Below, piece by piece: positions 48,635-57,462 of a DNA stretch of 64,000 nt (the stretch's first letter is position 1; each line of letters starts with the position of its first letter). Below the pieces are notes generated by a model, which was not told where the DNA came from, searched no databases, and saw only the letters and a list, made by a program, of their open reading frames with translations. The translations under genes and the position numbers were made by a program. Source of the DNA: a virus; IMG/VR virus record IMGVR_UViG_3300028840_004184, positions 1-64,000 of that record, one strand, 5' to 3'.

Positions 48635-48987
48635 AACATATAAATATGTATATCAAATGTTGTAACGAGTGTCCTTTTTTAAAAATGGATGATTACGCTA
48701 GACCTGGATATATATGGTGGTGTGAATGCAAGGGAGCACCACAGGGTGATAGGGGGCATGTTTTAGATATGCACGAACGAGGAAAAGATATACCCGTGTG
48801 GTGTCCACTACCAGATGCACACGCACTGGAGTTGCCTATGTTGGCCGCATGTATTAAGCCGGTAGAAAACAAGTGCCCAAAATGTAGAACCGTGGGTGAA
48901 GTTGGAATGATAAAATGCGATAACAATGGCGTGCATCAAAATTATCAATGTCCAAAATGTGGCTGCGGGTGGAGTGACAGAATTTGA
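48631..48987 (+). CDS. Cys-rich zinc-binding hypothetical protein
   Basis: CNECP, IPVWCPLPD, CPKC...CPKC. Confidence 0.55.
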   Translation: MKHINMYIKCCNECPFLKMDDYARPGYIWWCECKGAPQGDRGHVLDMHERGKDIPVWCPLPDAHALELPMLAACIKPVENKCPKCRTVGEVGMIKCDNNGVHQNYQCPKCGCGWSDRI

Positions 48988-49883
48988 AGATACTAGTATC
49001 GTATAGAGGCATACCACAATCTCCTGGTTGGGCTACGGGAGATCTCGTATTTAATGCTTTTAAGAGCATGGGGTATGAGGTGTACACCTACGGATATTAT
49101 TATCAGAACCCCAAGAATAGACTGCCTAATAATCTAACTATAGAACAGGCGAAACGCGAAACTTGGGACCTTGTTCTTTATATGGAATGTAATGACCCAG
49201 ACCCACAATATGTGGAGCTTAAACATTTAAATTCTAAGAAGTTTGTATACTGGGATTTTGACGCTTCGTATCATCTTGATCATACTCTTGGTTTCGTAAA
49301 CTATATGAGGTTTGATCATATATTTTGTGCTAATATTTTACTTAAGGAGTATTTTAAAAGATATGCACCTACTACCATATTACCATACGCTTTTTGTAAA
49401 GACAAACACTGTATAGTAACACAACCGGATAGAACAATGAGATTTGCTATGGTCGGTAGTAACTGGGGCGAGCGACAAAAGATTTATGAAGCTTTGATTA
49501 AGGAGCGAATTCCTGTTGATTTAGTAGTAAATAAATTTCGCGAAGAATACATAGAGGCATTGGCGTCTACGCATGTATGCATAAATCATAATGTTAAGAG
49601 TGGAAGAGGACTATTAGTGATGCGTATTTTTGAAGCCTTAGGAGCGAAGACGTGTCTGTTGACTAATGATGCCGATGGAATTCAACATTTTTTGACACCG
49701 GACCAGGATTGCATAGTGTATAAAGATATTCCGCACCTTATTGAAATTTGTCGTGGTTTGAACGCACCAAAGGGTATGATACTTGCTGACCAGATAGCCG
49801 AGATCGGACATAAAACTGGTATAGATAGGCATACGTATCATCATAGATGCCAGAAAATATTAAGAGTTTTAAACTTGGAGTAA
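48984..49883 (+). CDS. GT-B glycosyltransferase, CgeB-like
   Basis: FVYWDFD, LPYA, VGS, MRIFEALGAKTCLLT, IAE.G...HTY.HR. Confidence 0.8.
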   Translation: MKILVSYRGIPQSPGWATGDLVFNAFKSMGYEVYTYGYYYQNPKNRLPNNLTIEQAKRETWDLVLYMECNDPDPQYVELKHLNSKKFVYWDFDASYHLDHTLGFVNYMRFDHIFCANILLKEYFKRYAPTTILPYAFCKDKHCIVTQPDRTMRFAMVGSNWGERQKIYEALIKERIPVDLVVNKFREEYIEALASTHVCINHNVKSGRGLLVMRIFEALGAKTCLLTNDADGIQHFLTPDQDCIVYKDIPHLIEICRGLNAPKGMILADQIAEIGHKTGIDRHTYHHRCQKILRVLNLE

Positions 49884-49888
49884 TAGTA

Positions 49889-50575
49889 GTGAGAGATTTG
49901 ACCTTATTAATTTGTAACCATAATCACGGCCACTTCCTAAAACGCATGCTGCGGGACGTTTTTAATCAAACCCTTAACCCAGATCGCTGGAAGTTAATAA
50001 TCATCCATGATGAATGCTCTGATGGCTCAGAGGAGATTTTTGACGAGGTATGGACAGAACTTTGTTCAGCCTCAGGACGCCCGGTAGATTGGCTGCCGTG
50101 TTTTTCTTTTGTTAAGGAGAAGAAGAAGGGTTTGGCTAATTGTAAGAACTTTGGTCTTAGTCGTTGTGATACCAAGTATGTAGCTTACCTGGATGTAGAT
50201 GATGGCATGCTCCCAGAAAGACTTGCTACGCAGCTTGGTTTTTTAGAGAATAACCCAGAAATAGATGCGGTTTTTACACAAGCCTGGGATCTTAACGACA
50301 AGGGACAGCTTCTTGTAAATTGTTTTGGTATAAATACTTATATAACGCATAACGATATAGCTGCTGCTTTACATCATGAAAACGTGTTGATGCACGGTTC
50401 TGCTATGATAAAAATGGATGCTATCAAGATTGTTGGTGGTTATGATGAGTCAGGCAGGCTTAAAGGACGAGAAGACTGGGGTTTGTGGCTAAAAATGCTT
50501 CGGGCTGGCTATAAGTTTTACAAGATTAATGAGAGGTTATGTATATATAGCTTGGGTACTTCGGTGGAGAGATAA
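49889..50575 (+). CDS. Glycosyltransferase family 2
   Basis: NQT, DECSDGS, KGLA..KN.GL, AYLDVDD...PERL..Q, VGGYDE, EDWGLWLKM; GTG 49889 after GGAG. Confidence 0.9.
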   Translation: MRDLTLLICNHNHGHFLKRMLRDVFNQTLNPDRWKLIIIHDECSDGSEEIFDEVWTELCSASGRPVDWLPCFSFVKEKKKGLANCKNFGLSRCDTKYVAYLDVDDGMLPERLATQLGFLENNPEIDAVFTQAWDLNDKGQLLVNCFGINTYITHNDIAAALHHENVLMHGSAMIKMDAIKIVGGYDESGRLKGREDWGLWLKMLRAGYKFYKINERLCIYSLGTSVER

Positions 50576-50579
50576 CGCG

Positions 50580-51032
50580 ATGCGTGCAATATGTTCATGG
50601 TTGTTGAATATAAGAGCAAAAATCGGTGACGGTGTACGTAAATTAGGACTACTGATTATACCTAGAAGATATAGATTTTTGTATGTTACGAAGGGCATTA
50701 AAGCATTGAAATGTCTGGATGTTGATCAGGAATTTTATAGCCCCGGTGCTCCTTATACATGGGTGTCATTTGGGCAGTGTCCATATACTAAGGAGTGTAC
50801 AAGCAACCAGTGTTTTTTCAAAAGAAGAGATTGTTGTGGATACCAACCGTGGGCTACTGCATATAAAAATCAGGATGTTGTAGATAATGAAAAAAGAATG
50901 ACGGATAGATATGGTAAAGTCGTATTTCCTGAATTTGATATGGGGGTAGGTACAAATTGTATACGTATCGTTTGTAAAAGTGCTAAGGGTTATAGAGACA
51001 TAGACTATAGGGGTAGAGAGGTAACGCGATGA
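50580..51032 (+). CDS. Cys-rich hypothetical protein
   Basis: ORF after the GT2 stop; ATG 50580 preceded by GGAG. Confidence 0.45.
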   Translation: MRAICSWLLNIRAKIGDGVRKLGLLIIPRRYRFLYVTKGIKALKCLDVDQEFYSPGAPYTWVSFGQCPYTKECTSNQCFFKRRDCCGYQPWATAYKNQDVVDNEKRMTDRYGKVVFPEFDMGVGTNCIRIVCKSAKGYRDIDYRGREVTR

Positions 51033-51247
51033 TTTTTCTTAAGTCGTTTAATAATTCTGTTGGACCAGCTTGTCAGTTGATGCCTAACGTTTCTCCTCCA
51101 CCGGTATGGATTGATTATGCACAAGAACAAAAGATGAGTGAAATTTCTGATAGCTTTAAGCAGATATCAGCCAAGATAGATAAGCTTTCGAGTTTATTAG
51201 AGCAACTTACAAAAACTTTGGATGGATTAATTAATGAACGAACATAG
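51029..51247 (+). CDS. Hypothetical coiled-coil protein
   Basis: 72-aa ORF with GAGG RBS and overlapping start/stop. Confidence 0.5.
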   Translation: MIFLKSFNNSVGPACQLMPNVSPPPVWIDYAQEQKMSEISDSFKQISAKIDKLSSLLEQLTKTLDGLINERT

Positions 51248-52244
51248 AATTCTTTATTGCAGTCTTAAGTATGATTATGCTGAGCCTGATCGTGGACTGT
51301 CTTATGAGGCTCTTAATCTTGAACATGGTATGCGTGAGTGTGCCGAGAACGGACTGTTCGATCTTGAGGTTTTTCATATTGATGATGAGCATATTAAGCT
51401 TGGACAAGAACAGGCGGACGTTAAGCTTATTGATGTGATTAGAAGATATAAGCCAACCATTTTATTTCATACGTCGTTTGATGATAACTGGGATATTGAT
51501 CCTGAGACGTTATTGTGGTGTAAAGAAGAAGGTATTAAAACAGTTCTTTGGAATTGTGATGCGTCTTGGAGGTTCAAAGATTTTATTCTTCCACGAAAGA
51601 GTAGGTATACTCATTTTATTACAACACATAATGTTACTATCCCTTGGTTTAAACAAGAGGGAATGAAGGTTATCAAGAGCCAATGGGGCGGATCTTCTTT
51701 GTATACTAGGTACATGAATAAGTCAGCGGGTGGCGTTAAGTTATACGATGTTTCTTTTGTAGGACAAAAGCATGGCATTAGGCCACAATTGGTTCATGCA
51801 TTAAATAATGCGGGAATTAAGGTGCATTTGTTTGGAAATTATTGGGACGGGCACCCCGATGATCATGGCTTTATTTCTTTTGACGATATGATTAATGTAT
51901 TTAATCAAACAAAGATAAATCTAAATTTTTCTAATCCGTTTCAAGTAAATACAGTGCCACAGATCAAGGGTAGACATTTCGAGATACCGCAGTGTGGCGG
52001 CTTCCAACTATCTACTATTGCTGATGATATAGAGTCTTACTTTGTTTCGGATAAGGAAATTGTTCTTGTTGATAGTGTACCTAAGCTGATTAATAGTATC
52101 CGACATTATCTTGGTCATGATGATGAAAGAGAAGCTGTCGCAGAGGCTGGTTTTCAACGTATGATGAAGGAACATCAATGGGAACATCGGTTTGAGCATA
52201 TTTTAAAGGAGATTGACAAAAATGAAAACGGAACTAGAAGCTAG
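51234..52244 (+). CDS. GT-B glycosyltransferase, CgeB-like
   Basis: W.CD..WRF, YDVSFVGQ, FG..W, KINLNFS, IKGRHFEIP.CGGF.L, HQWEHR. Confidence 0.88.
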   Translation: MNEHRILYCSLKYDYAEPDRGLSYEALNLEHGMRECAENGLFDLEVFHIDDEHIKLGQEQADVKLIDVIRRYKPTILFHTSFDDNWDIDPETLLWCKEEGIKTVLWNCDASWRFKDFILPRKSRYTHFITTHNVTIPWFKQEGMKVIKSQWGGSSLYTRYMNKSAGGVKLYDVSFVGQKHGIRPQLVHALNNAGIKVHLFGNYWDGHPDDHGFISFDDMINVFNQTKINLNFSNPFQVNTVPQIKGRHFEIPQCGGFQLSTIADDIESYFVSDKEIVLVDSVPKLINSIRHYLGHDDEREAVAEAGFQRMMKEHQWEHRFEHILKEIDKNENGTRS

Positions 52245-52476
52245 GTTAGATCCCAATGAGTGTGGGGTAATTTTAAGTTTTTTGCAAAACGCGGACTTTA
52301 ATATTAAGGGTCAGTACATACCCATTGTCTCTAGTGCGATGCACAAGATGCAGGCAGTGTTGGTTGAGGCTGGGAAGCTTCAAGGAGATGCTTCTTCGCC
52401 TCAAAAGGAGCCCGTTGTACGGGCGTCTGGCATTAATAAAGCAGAGGATGGTAAAGATGGTGCTCCGTTTGGATAA
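52222..52476 (+). CDS. Hypothetical protein
   Basis: Short ORF with AAGGAG RBS. Confidence 0.5.
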   Translation: MKTELEARLDPNECGVILSFLQNADFNIKGQYIPIVSSAMHKMQAVLVEAGKLQGDASSPQKEPVVRASGINKAEDGKDGAPFG

Positions 52477-52489
52477 TAAGGAGGCATGA

Positions 52490-53458
52490 ATGAATTTACT
52501 TATCACTGGAGCTAATGGTTTCGTGGGTAAACACTTGGTCAAACTTCTCGCAAAGAAGAGGCCAGATATTAAGCTTTTTACACCATCACACGATACGTTC
52601 GATTTGCTCGATTCGTGTCATTTGTATGGATATTTAGACACATTTAAGATTGACCATATCGTACATTTGGCCGCCCGAGTTGGTGGTATCGGTGCTAATC
52701 AGAGTAAACCCGCGACTTTTCTCTATGATAATCTTTTGATGGGTATGAATATCGTACACGCAGCTAATAGCACCCCAGGTGTTAAGAAGCTTATTAACAT
52801 AGGGACAATTTGTAGTTATCCAAAACATACAGAGGTGCCATTTAAAGAAGAGAATATTTGGGATGGCTACCCCGAAGAAACAAATGCTCCTTATGGTATA
52901 GCTAAGCGTGCTGTGATGGCATATGCCATAGCATCTAATTTTCAGTACGGTACTAATGTAGTTAATTTGATGGCTGTTAATATGGCTGGTGAATATGATA
53001 ATTTTCATCCTCTCACATCACATGTTATACCAGCTATAATTTTGAAGATCGATAAGGCAATGGATGATGGTGATTCCGATATCAAATTATGGGGTACCGG
53101 TCAGGCAACCCGTGAATTTTTGTATGCTGGTGATTGTGCTCGTGCAATACTAATGTCTTTGGAGACTCATGTGGGGCCTGATCCGGTGAATATTGGTACA
53201 GGCAAAGAGATTACTATTCGCGTTCTCGCAAACGCTATTAAAAGTTTTATGAAGTACCAGGGGAATATTATGTTTACCTCTCAGGTATCTGATGGTCAAC
53301 CAAGACGTTGTTTAGATGTTTCTAGAGCTAAAAAGATATTTGGTTTTAAGCCCGAGGTAGATTTGTCAGAAATGATTCGGCGAGAAGTTCAATATTATTA
53401 TAGTCTTAAAGAACAGAATCCCGAATTAATAGATTCGTATAGAGCAATGATTAGCTAA
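52490..53458 (+). CDS. fcl: GDP-L-fucose synthase (GDP-4-keto-6-deoxymannose epimerase/reductase)
   Basis: GANGFVG, HLAARVGGIGAN, GTICSYPK, YPEETNAPYGIAK, SHVIPA, WGTG.ATREF, DGQPRRCLD. Confidence 0.93.
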   Translation: MNLLITGANGFVGKHLVKLLAKKRPDIKLFTPSHDTFDLLDSCHLYGYLDTFKIDHIVHLAARVGGIGANQSKPATFLYDNLLMGMNIVHAANSTPGVKKLINIGTICSYPKHTEVPFKEENIWDGYPEETNAPYGIAKRAVMAYAIASNFQYGTNVVNLMAVNMAGEYDNFHPLTSHVIPAIILKIDKAMDDGDSDIKLWGTGQATREFLYAGDCARAILMSLETHVGPDPVNIGTGKEITIRVLANAIKSFMKYQGNIMFTSQVSDGQPRRCLDVSRAKKIFGFKPEVDLSEMIRREVQYYYSLKEQNPELIDSYRAMIS

Positions 53459-53467
53459 GGAGGATAA

Positions 53468-55546
53468 ATGAAGACTGCTGTTATAACAGGTATAACTGGT
53501 CAAGATGGTTTTTATTTGGCGTCTTTGCTGTTAAGTAAAGGATATGTGGTTGTTGGTATAAAAAGGCGTACTTCTACCCCTCATGATCAAAGGCTAAGGA
53601 TGTTGAAGCACCAGAATCTTTTTTTGGTTAGTGGTGATGTAACTGATTCGGCTTCAATACAACGTATAGTGACTAAGTACCAACCAGATGAGTTTTATCA
53701 TTTGGCGGCAATGTCTCACGTTGGTTTTTCGTCAGAAGCACCTCAGATTACTCAGGATATTAATTGTGCTGGTACAGTGAATACTCTTGAAGCTATTAAG
53801 GATTTAAAGCCAGATTGTAGGTATTATTTCGCGGCGAGTTCTGAGATGTTTGGTAACCAGCTTGAAGAATCTAGTCTTGTCGCTCGTGCTCCGTCTACTA
53901 TCAGGTTGAATGAATTGTCCAAAATGGAGCCTCGCTCGCCTTATGGTGCATCAAAGATTTTTGGTTTTGGTATGACGAAACACTATAGGGAAGCTTATGG
54001 GTTATTTGCGTGCAACGGCATACTTTTCAACCATGAGTCAGCGTTGCGTGGTGAAAATTTTGTTACTCGTAAAATAACAAAATCTATAGCAGATATTGTT
54101 GCTGGTCGTAGTGACAAAATAACGCTTGGTAACATAGATGCTAAGAGAGACTGGGGTTTCGCGGGTGATTATTGTATCAATTTAGACGTGCCCATTCTTA
54201 CAATAAATGGCTGGAAGTATTATGACGAAATAAGTATTGGTGACATTATTGTCAATTTTGATACTAAAATGAATAGATTGTCTCGTGACAGGGTGTTGAA
54301 CAAAGTTGTTAAGAGTAGTAGCGGCGACAAGATTTTGTTTACTGGGCGGGGGCTACACTTAAATGTTACTTTGGACCATAGGATGTATTATCAGCGTAAG
54401 TCTACTAAATCTAAAGGGGGTTGGTCTGACTGGAAGGTTATGATGGCACAAGAGTTATATGATGTACTTAATGATAAATCATTAAGGACTAAGTATGATT
54501 ATAGATTGCCGCATTTTCAGGATTATTATGTTGGCGATAGTGGTAATTGTTCTATGTTTACTGATGATGAATTATATTTAATTGGTGCATTGTTGGCAGA
54601 AGGCAGTTTAGATAGTCGTTTTTTTAATGGACGTAAAGTAAGTATATCTCAGTCTTTTGTTGCTAATGAAAGTATTTTAGATAAGATTATTGATATTGTT
54701 GATCGACTTGGCTTGATATATAGAAAGAGAGTCAGAAACGATGGTGTATATGAATTAATCTTTGATGCTCAGAGTAGTGACATTATTTTGTCTCGTTATT
54801 TTGATGAAGATAATGTTCATATTATGCCCAGATCTCTGTATGATGTCGATAGTAGACAGGCTGCTATTATTTTTGGTGCGTTGATGGATTGTGATGGATC
54901 TTGGGGCAGCATGTCGTTTTCATCCAAGAGGTCTTTATTGGCTGTTGATTTTCAAACTATTGCACATTTGGCTGGATATAGAACAACGGCAGTAAAACAA
55001 TTAGAGAATGGAATGTTTCGTGTTGGTGTTATTGCTAAACGTAAGAAATATTCCTATATTCAGGATGTTGAAAAATATAATGATAGTCATGGTAAAGTAT
55101 GGTGTGTCACTACTAGTAATCAAACAATTGTGACTCGCGATCATGGCTGTGTAAATATTTCTGGTAACTGTCGTGCTATGCATATGATGCTTAATCATCA
55201 TGAACCTGATGATTTTGTGATAGCCACTGGCGAATGTTATTCGGTAAAAGATTTTTTAGTTAAGGCGTTTGGATGTGCGGGTTTTGATGAATCGCCCCAA
55301 GAGTTGATTGATAAGTATGTTGTTTTCGATGAGAGATTTCTTCGACCATCTGATATTCATATACTGAAAGGTGATTCTACTAAAGCTAGAAAAATATTAG
55401 GCTGGAAGCCAAAAATGACATTTAATCAATTGGTTTTATCAATGGTTCAGTATGATCAAGAACAAGGCGTCGAAGGTAGGAGCGGTCGTCATTTTGTTTT
55501 TGATGCATTGGGATCTAAGAGTTTCGTAGAGGAAGGTATAAAATGA
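53468..55546 (+). CDS. gmd: GDP-mannose 4,6-dehydratase containing an intein
   Basis: ITGITGQDG, SHVG.S, SSEMFG, PRSPYG.SK, GILFNHES..RG..FVTRKI, RDWGFAGDY|intein|CRAM..ML...PDDFVIATG, LKGD..KA...LGW. Confidence 0.95.
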   Translation: MKTAVITGITGQDGFYLASLLLSKGYVVVGIKRRTSTPHDQRLRMLKHQNLFLVSGDVTDSASIQRIVTKYQPDEFYHLAAMSHVGFSSEAPQITQDINCAGTVNTLEAIKDLKPDCRYYFAASSEMFGNQLEESSLVARAPSTIRLNELSKMEPRSPYGASKIFGFGMTKHYREAYGLFACNGILFNHESALRGENFVTRKITKSIADIVAGRSDKITLGNIDAKRDWGFAGDYCINLDVPILTINGWKYYDEISIGDIIVNFDTKMNRLSRDRVLNKVVKSSSGDKILFTGRGLHLNVTLDHRMYYQRKSTKSKGGWSDWKVMMAQELYDVLNDKSLRTKYDYRLPHFQDYYVGDSGNCSMFTDDELYLIGALLAEGSLDSRFFNGRKVSISQSFVANESILDKIIDIVDRLGLIYRKRVRNDGVYELIFDAQSSDIILSRYFDEDNVHIMPRSLYDVDSRQAAIIFGALMDCDGSWGSMSFSSKRSLLAVDFQTIAHLAGYRTTAVKQLENGMFRVGVIAKRKKYSYIQDVEKYNDSHGKVWCVTTSNQTIVTRDHGCVNISGNCRAMHMMLNHHEPDDFVIATGECYSVKDFLVKAFGCAGFDESPQELIDKYVVFDERFLRPSDIHILKGDSTKARKILGWKPKMTFNQLVLSMVQYDQEQGVEGRSGRHFVFDALGSKSFVEEGIK
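54173..55168 (+). mobile_element. Intein (332 aa) with LAGLIDADG homing endonuclease in gmd
   Basis: Starts CINLDVPILT.NGWK; block B VTLDHR; LAGLIDADG-like LIGALLAEG and GALMDCDG; ends VWCVT...VNISGN followed by +1 Cys. Removal leaves a normal-length Gmd of about 360 aa. Confidence 0.92.
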
Positions 55547-56268
55547 ATGAGCAATTTTCTGATATTGATATTGAGAAATTTCATGATGCAAAACAGCAGA
55601 AGCGTACTGTTGTGTCATTGGATGATGGTCAGGTTATAGAATTCGCGAGGATGTTACAGCGTCAGGCTCCTCCTGGAGATTTTAATCTGAGGTTTAATAT
55701 GTCGCCAGATGAGATAGAGCGTCAACGACATACCCTAGGGCTTATAAACGAAGATACTATTGATAGTTTTTTGAAGGCTATTGATAGTAGACAACCAGAT
55801 TTGGATCGGGAAAGGGAAATAAAAGAAGAGGATGCCAGGAGACAGAAAAGATTGGATGAACTTAATTCTTCTAGGTTTGTTAATAATGTTAAGAAGACTC
55901 CTTCACGCAAGAAGACGTTTAATAGAAGCGTGAATGAACAACAAAAAGATCTAGACGCCATGAATGATGCTAAGCACGGCGTTAAACCCAGGATGAAGTA
56001 TAATAGTGTTCAACATTATAAAGAGGTCACAGGTAAGAGATTCCGTAGGAAGCCGTCTGAAATACAAGAGGGGTTAAGTATAGAAGAGGCGTTCGAAAGA
56101 AGATTCGAAGAACCGTCTTTTCGGATTCCTGAAGACCAAGAAGAACAATTTAAGCTGGATTCTAGGCTTGGCATTAATATGTTGTGTAGTAAGTATGGTG
56201 CTAAAAGATCTGAGATTGCGGCTGAGCTTCGCAGACTTGGTGTCGATTTGGATATGTTGCCGCGATGA
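55543..56268 (+). CDS. Hypothetical charged protein
   Basis: 241-aa ORF coupled to the gmd stop. Confidence 0.55.
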   Translation: MNEQFSDIDIEKFHDAKQQKRTVVSLDDGQVIEFARMLQRQAPPGDFNLRFNMSPDEIERQRHTLGLINEDTIDSFLKAIDSRQPDLDREREIKEEDARRQKRLDELNSSRFVNNVKKTPSRKKTFNRSVNEQQKDLDAMNDAKHGVKPRMKYNSVQHYKEVTGKRFRRKPSEIQEGLSIEEAFERRFEEPSFRIPEDQEEQFKLDSRLGINMLCSKYGAKRSEIAAELRRLGVDLDMLPR

Positions 56269-56474
56269 AAAAATCTATCAATGTGAATGAAATTATCCGG
56301 TTATACGAGATCGAAAAATTATCTAGTTATGAAATAGGTGGTAGGCTTGGTATACCTCCTTCAACTATTAGATATCATCTTAGAAAAAACAGGAAGCTTC
56401 GTGATAAGGCCGCCGCTCAAAGAGAATACTTAGCACGCCATGATCATCAGCGACTTGGTAAAAGGAGTAATTAA
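56265..56474 (+). CDS. Small helix-turn-helix DNA-binding protein
   Basis: IIRLYE...LSSYEIGGRLGIPPSTIRYHL. Confidence 0.7.
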   Translation: MKKSINVNEIIRLYEIEKLSSYEIGGRLGIPPSTIRYHLRKNRKLRDKAAAQREYLARHDHQRLGKRSN

Positions 56475-57161
56475 ATGAGTGAACCTGTGAGGAAAAAGAA
56501 AAAGCGTGGACGACCAAAAAAAGCTAAACGTAAGGATATGGCTATCAATGGTGAATGGTATCATAAATTAAGAGATAACGAGATAGGAAAAGATGAGAAG
56601 AGCGGAGACGAGTTTCCATTTTTTAGTGGTTTAGCGAGGATAGCTGATGAAGCAGGGAAAGTGTCTGAGCGTGTTATAAAGACAGAGTTTTTTCGTATAC
56701 CTCGTCCGGATGATGGTTATGCTTTGGCCGCCCATGTTGTTGTTGAAGTTGCTTTCGATGATGGTACTGTTTGGTGTGGGTCTGCTGACGCACACCCCGG
56801 TAATTGTGTCGCTTTTATTGGACACCCTACTGCTTTGGCCGAAACAAGAGCCCTAGGTAGGGCTTACCGTAGAGCCCTTGGTATCCATAAGATTTGTTTT
56901 GAGGAAAAAACCGACGGCGAAAATTGTGAACATGAAATGATTAATCAGCCAAGCCCACAGCAACTTCGATTAATAAGACATATGGCTAGTAAACATGATA
57001 TAAAACTTATAGATGTAATATCTAACGTCACCAATCGTGAAGATGTAACTGCTCTTGAAGATTTAACATATAAGGAAGCCCAGGCAGCGTCTCGTTATGT
57101 TGCCAGTGTTGCCGACAAAAAAGCTATGAGGAAAAGGAAAGATGAAAGAAAAAAAGCCTAG
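56475..57161 (+). CDS. Putative Rad52/Sak-like DNA-annealing protein with AT-hook-like N-terminus
   Basis: KKRGRPKK; ALAETRALGRAYRRALGI helix; C-terminal PSPQQL..I...LT..EA. Confidence 0.45.
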   Translation: MSEPVRKKKKRGRPKKAKRKDMAINGEWYHKLRDNEIGKDEKSGDEFPFFSGLARIADEAGKVSERVIKTEFFRIPRPDDGYALAAHVVVEVAFDDGTVWCGSADAHPGNCVAFIGHPTALAETRALGRAYRRALGIHKICFEEKTDGENCEHEMINQPSPQQLRLIRHMASKHDIKLIDVISNVTNREDVTALEDLTYKEAQAASRYVASVADKKAMRKRKDERKKA

Positions 57162-57462
57162 TTTGTATAAAGTTAAGGGATTCAGGGGACCAACACTTAT
57201 ACCCATGATATGTCCGAAATGTGAAAAGCGTAGGATGTATAGGCCTGCCGGGCACCTAATATCAACTAATAAAGAGCTTGCTATAGATGGTAAAACAGAG
57301 CGTCTTATTGATGTGTGTGCTATATGTCAGCAAAAATATAAAGACATGGACGAAAAATATATGAAAAAGCAGGTTAGAGAGGCGAAGAGAGCTATCGAAG
57401 ACAGAAAGAGTCTTGATGGTACGGGCGTTTCTATAGAGGATACCCTTAATAATGGCGACTAA
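57142..57462 (+). CDS. Zinc-finger hypothetical protein
   Basis: CPKC...CAIC. Confidence 0.55.
   Translation: MKEKKPSLYKVKGFRGPTLIPMICPKCEKRRMYRPAGHLISTNKELAIDGKTERLIDVCAICQQKYKDMDEKYMKKQVREAKRAIEDRKSLDGTGVSIEDTLNNGD

Noticed and set aside
49714-49722. Additional TAGTGTATA core
   Set aside because: Inside a GT coding region and lacks the exact downstream TATA; compatible with chance, so not annotated as a promoter
38334-55546. Bacterial O-antigen/EPS locus or chimeric host DNA
   Set aside because: No wzx/wzy/wzz/ABC or initiating transferase seen; GTs are interleaved with phage-type small ORFs and continuous with phage replication genes on the same strand
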